The notes below the pieces were generated by a model. It ran no database searches. It worked only from the letters and a program-made list of their open reading frames with translations, and was not told the DNA's origin. A stretch of 61,120 nucleotides of DNA, the filler included, from Sphacelaria rigidula (lineage: Eukaryota), in the NCBI GenBank assembly GCA_964200075.2. It is 9 parts of 9 records of this genome, joined end to end, with 100 filler letters (N's around TTAATTAATTAA, not from the genome) between each part and the next. Parts side by side here need not be neighbours in the genome. Positions count along the whole stretch, not along the records: positions 54,419 to 61,120 come from CAXNAA020018524.1; 8 more parts are not named here. One strand, given 5' to 3'. A program made the translations under genes and the position numbers. Positions 57,110 to 61,120 of the stretch are shown here, one piece after another (position 1 is the stretch's first letter; every line of letters starts with the position of its first letter).

Positions 57110-60042
57110 ATCAGGTACCAAGCATGACAAATGGCAGTCGACTGGAACATGACCAATATATCTGTAACAAACGTGACGACTGTGATGCCAAACCAAGAAG
57201 CGGAGATGGCGGATTTGCTAGGGGCTGCTTGTTTTGGAAAGCTATACATGCTGCAGGGATACTGGCAGATGCTGTTGGCGGCAGATGCCCAAGAAATCTT
57301 CACTATTGCAACCCCTGACGGGTTATTCACGCCTACGCGCGTACCTCAAGGAGTACCCAACGCTACGGGGTATTTTCAGGGCACTATGACGGAGCTATTG
57401 ACTGGACTTCCATGTAAGGTGTGGGTAGATGACATCTTGTGGTGGGGGGCAAATGAAAATGACTTGCTGTGCACGCTGAATGCGATATTAAGCCGCCTCG
57501 AGGATGCTGGTCTTTTTGCGGCTGCACACAAGTGTATGTTTTATGATACGCAAATTACGTGGTGCGGAAAGGTTCTCTTGGGTGAACAGGTGGCTCACGA
57601 CAGGGAGCGGCTGAGCGGTTTGGCGAATATGAGGCGTCCTCAAACCGCGGGCGAGTTGATGCAATGTTTGCAAGCGATGAATTGGCTGCAGATGTCTCTT
57701 TCGCGCCTTGCTGAAGTAGTGGAGCCCCTTCGTCTTTTGCTCGAGGAGCATATGGTGGGCAACGTGCGTCGTACAAAGCGGGTTGCTTCAAAAAGGACAA
57801 TCAAGGGAGCGGCGTGGACGTTTGAGCGTGCGCAAGCTTGGACAGCGGCGCAAGATTTGGTGGCACATGCTGTTGCTCTGTCACATCCCAAGGAGAGCTA
57901 TGAGGTGATGATGTTTCCAGACGCGTCGGATCTTCATTGGGGTAGTTTCGTGACCCAGGTACCGAGAGCTGAATTGGACCGCGACATAGCGGTGGAGGAC
58001 ATGAGTCATGAGCCCCTGGGATTTCTTAGTGAGACGCTTCGAGGAGAGCAGTTGCGGAGGGCTACGGTTGACAAGGACGGATATGCCATCGTGAGTACGT
58101 TTCGTAGGTTGGAGTACCTTTTGTGGGGAGGAGTGACCATATTTACGAACCATCGCAATTTCGCATATATTTTTGATCCCGAAGCATGTGTGAGCACACT
58201 GGCGAAAACTGCCGCCCAGCGTCTTGAACAATGGAAGACTGTACTCGGGCAGTATGGTTATTCAATGAGGCATATTTCTGGTAAGCGTAACTGTTGGGGA
58301 GACCTACTGTCCCGGTGGGTCAACGTTCCAGCGCTATCCGTGGGAGCCCTCGCTGTTTTCGCAAGTGGGGAGCCTGATGAGACGCTACCGTCGAAAGAGG
58401 CCGTTCGTGAAGCCCAAGAGCAAGCCCGTGAGGGGTCAGGAGGTATGGTTGATGGGGCCGAGACGTTTACTGTCGCTGTTGGGCGTGTCTTCAAAGACAG
58501 TGAGGGTTTGTCTCGCGTGTATGTTGCAGGGAGGGATATATTGTGGATCCCACCGGGAGCGAGAGAACTATAAATACGCTTGATGGTATGCGCCCACATG
58601 AAAGGGGCTGGTCACCGAGGGGTTGTGGCAACTTTACAGCGCTTACAAGAGTATTGTTGTTGGTTCCGGATGGAGACTCATGCGACTGAGTTTGTGAAGC
58701 AATGCCTGCACTGTTTGGATTCCAAGGCGGGGGAGAAGGTCCCGTGTCCCTTCGGGGAGACGGTGCATGGTACACGCCCAGGGAAGGTGCTGCATTTTGA
58801 TTTTTTCTGTGTTGGTGAGAGTGCCCCCCTGGGAACTAGTGGCTTGGAAGAGTCATGCTACGATAGGGGGGGGGGGTTGGATTCCACGAAACAATTGGCT
58901 CATAGGTGCGTCAGATGACCCCACACACTCGCGATGCGCTTGTATTCGGGTAAAAGCGATGTCGAACAGTATGAATGAGAGTTATAAATCGGAAGCAAGC
59001 GCGTTAGAACTACCGTTGCTGCTATCAACGACGATTGCAAGTAGGATTTCGTGGAAGAAAGCGGCCCAAAATATCCCCCCCCTATCGTAGCATGACTCTG
59101 AAGTTGGATCGCCGATCCGCGGTGGCTAACTCGCCATGGTCTAATGGTACCTGTGAGCGAATGATGCGTCAATCGTTGAGGCCCAGCAAGAGTTGCACAA
59201 GAAGGTGGCGCAGCGTGTCGACAAAAATCGCGGTCTACAGAGACGTGTGGCTAGTAAGGGGAGGCTTCCTAACTTTGTGGTGGGCAATTACGCGCTGGCG
59301 GCGAGGGTGAGGCGTTCGGGAACTACGCCGAAGCTTGTGGACGGGGCCTTGGCGGATTGTGACGGCGAACAACAACATGTGTACAGGATACAGAACATCG
59401 TGAATGGCGAGGTACAGGATGTGCATGTCGCCCGCCTTCGATTTTATGCGGACAAGGAGCTGAATATTACGGCTGATGTGAAGGAGGTGTTCCAGTATGC
59501 TTTTGCACAAGGCGAGTTCGAGATGGCGGCTATTGTCGGTATATCTGAGGACGAAGCAGGAGATGGAGTTTAGGTACAAGTGGAGTGGGTCGGATTTTGC
59601 AAAGATGAAAACTCGTGGGAGCCTCTGGAAAATATTTTGGACGGAGCCCTGCAATTTGTAAAATCTGAGCTGCGTAAGTTGGGACTAAGAAAAAAGGTGC
59701 GAGCACGTTTGCAGGCAAAGTATGGTATGAAGCTTTGAAAATATGATGAGATCGAATGCTACTGGTTAAGATGGTACTCTACTTGACACCTTTGCTTTGT
59801 GTGAGAAGGCTTACGTGGAAATTACCGTTGGAGAATGGTTGACTTCCCTAAGTTCGCTTGAAATACTGTCTTTGATTGTCGATGTTCAAGGTTGTTCACG
59901 TTATTGTTTTTGTTGAACATGACAGTACAAGGTCGTGTGTCACTACCGGGAGGACAAAGGTAGCATACGTGATAGTCGGTGTCTACTGTTTTGTCAAACT
60001 CGCGTTCTACTTCTAGTAGTGCGGCGGAATTTTGGGGGGTGC
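57110..60042 (+). mobile_element. Degenerate Ty3/Gypsy retrotransposon with chromodomain: pol (RT, RNase H, integrase, chromodomain) to ~59738, then 3' UTR and probable PPT
   Basis: RT: LQGYWQ, PQGVPNATGYFQ, WVDD. RNase H: DAS, FTNHRN, GDLLSR. Integrase HHCC: AHMKGAGH...CLHC, and SNGTCERM. Chromodomain: VEWVGF..DENSWEP. G-rich tract at 60034-60039. Stops and deletions present. Confidence 0.93.
58850..59098. mobile_element. 249-bp MITE with perfect 23-bp TIRs inserted in the integrase
   Basis: GAGTCATGCTACGATAGGGGGGG...CCCCCCCTATCGTAGCATGACTC. Confidence 0.92.
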
Positions 60043-60401
60043 TGTAGAGTAGTCCACCTCCAGTACACGCACGTGCAGGTTCATGATTATCTATAAGTGG
60101 AACAATCTGCTGTAGGCGTTTTCTGTTGGTTGACGGACTTGCGGGTCTGATCGGCAGAATATGTGGATTTGGACATCACATGCTTCACGCATGTGGTTAC
60201 TTCCGATAACGAAGGCTGTGTGTTTATGAATAACAACTGTCTTGAAGTCTCCAGGCCCTCGTACTCATTTGTTGCTTGCCTTAGTCGTTTGACCATTGAC
60301 CACGCATCCCTTTCGAGACGGAGCACCGTTCCTACTCCTAATAGAGACACCTCCAACATTCTGGCGCTCATTAATCCAGGCCCTAGTGAGGGAGGAAGCC
60401 C

Positions 60402-60845
60402 TTGGAGCAATCTTGTGACCTTGTTCTGAGTCCAGGAGGGCTCTATAAGCAGCAGCAAACGAGACGTGGAGGACGGGGCGCAGGGCATGGATTTGGTCAC
60501 AGGTACGGTGCTTCGGGGCGCGGCGGCGGGAATGCCCACCCAGGCAGCCAGCTACCGTATTACGACCCGCCGCAAGGTGGGTATGACTACTCAGGTTATG
60601 CTGATGGTTTATACCGCCCCGTAGGCGTCGAACCCCCAATTCACCACGCTGACCTCCGTAAACGATGTATCACATGCGACAAACTGGGCCACATGCATAC
60701 TTTTTGCCCATGGCGTAGAGTAGTGGGACCGCAAGTCGATTCGGAGGTACGTCATATGAATCCTACACAGAAGCAACCTCGTCGCGAAGGACACCAGCCT
60801 CCCCCCCCCCCTGGACCCATTCATACGGATCGGTCAACACCGTGA
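60402..60845 (+). pseudogene. Gag-like remnant with an Arg/Gly-rich region and CCHC zinc knuckle
   Basis: CITCDKLGHMHTFC fits C-x2-C-x4-H-x4-C and is preceded by RRGGRG/GRGGG. Confidence 0.65.
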
Positions 60846-61120
60846 AACGTTAAGGTGACCAAGGGGGGTACGAAGAGAGCAGTCACGTCGAACAACAGTG
60901 GAACAGAATGGATGAAGACGGGTGGGTGTCAGAAGATAGCAGCGACTTCAGCGGCGTAGGTTAGGCGCACTGTATCCAGTTTCCCCGCAACCCCCCGCAA
61001 TTCTCCGCAGCTGCCACCAACAACCAGATCCAGTCATCACCGCAGCAAGGTGAACTTCAACTGCAACACCCTCACCAACTACACCAGCAACAACAACCTC
61101 ATCATGCTCAACCTAATTCC

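Noticed and set aside
58571..58573. Programmed read-through between RNase H and integrase
   Set aside because: The TAA is in frame, but the element has other stops, deletions and an insertion, so a nonsense mutation is the simpler explanation.
60043..60250. 3' LTR of the Gypsy element
   Set aside because: TG follows the PPT-like tract, but there is no second LTR or TSD in the scaffold to define it.

Overview
This is eukaryotic genomic DNA and not one continuous locus. It is nine unrelated scaffolds of 6,702-6,703 bp joined by artificial 100-bp spacers (44 N + TTAATTAATTAA + 44 N), at 1-6703, 6804-13506, 13607-20308, 20409-27110, 27211-33912, 34013-40714, 40815-47516, 47617-54318 and 54419-61120. 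Short GT-AG exons in long repeat-filled introns and the transposable-element repertoire suggest a stramenopile, probably a brown alga (inference). Most of the sequence is decayed, nested transposable elements: RTE-type LINEs, a second LINE family with a non-autonomous partner, two tRNA-derived SINE families, a complete TRIM-like LTR element, a chromodomain Ty3/Gypsy pol, non-autonomous piggyBac-like and TA-flanked TIR elements, MITEs and a palindromic minisatellite. Host gene content is limited to scattered exons: a thioredoxin-like protein, a TRP-type channel and a few unknowns. Most ORF-track entries are spurious. I see no CRISPR array, rRNA or intact tRNA gene. The most unusual signal is a retroposon pair with no poly(A) tail. 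Both end at TGAGTAC(G/A), about 5 nt after the LINE stop codon, and repeatedly insert at C-runs, including into each other and at the same site of two diverged MITE copies. All alignments were made by eye and novelty could not be checked against databases.
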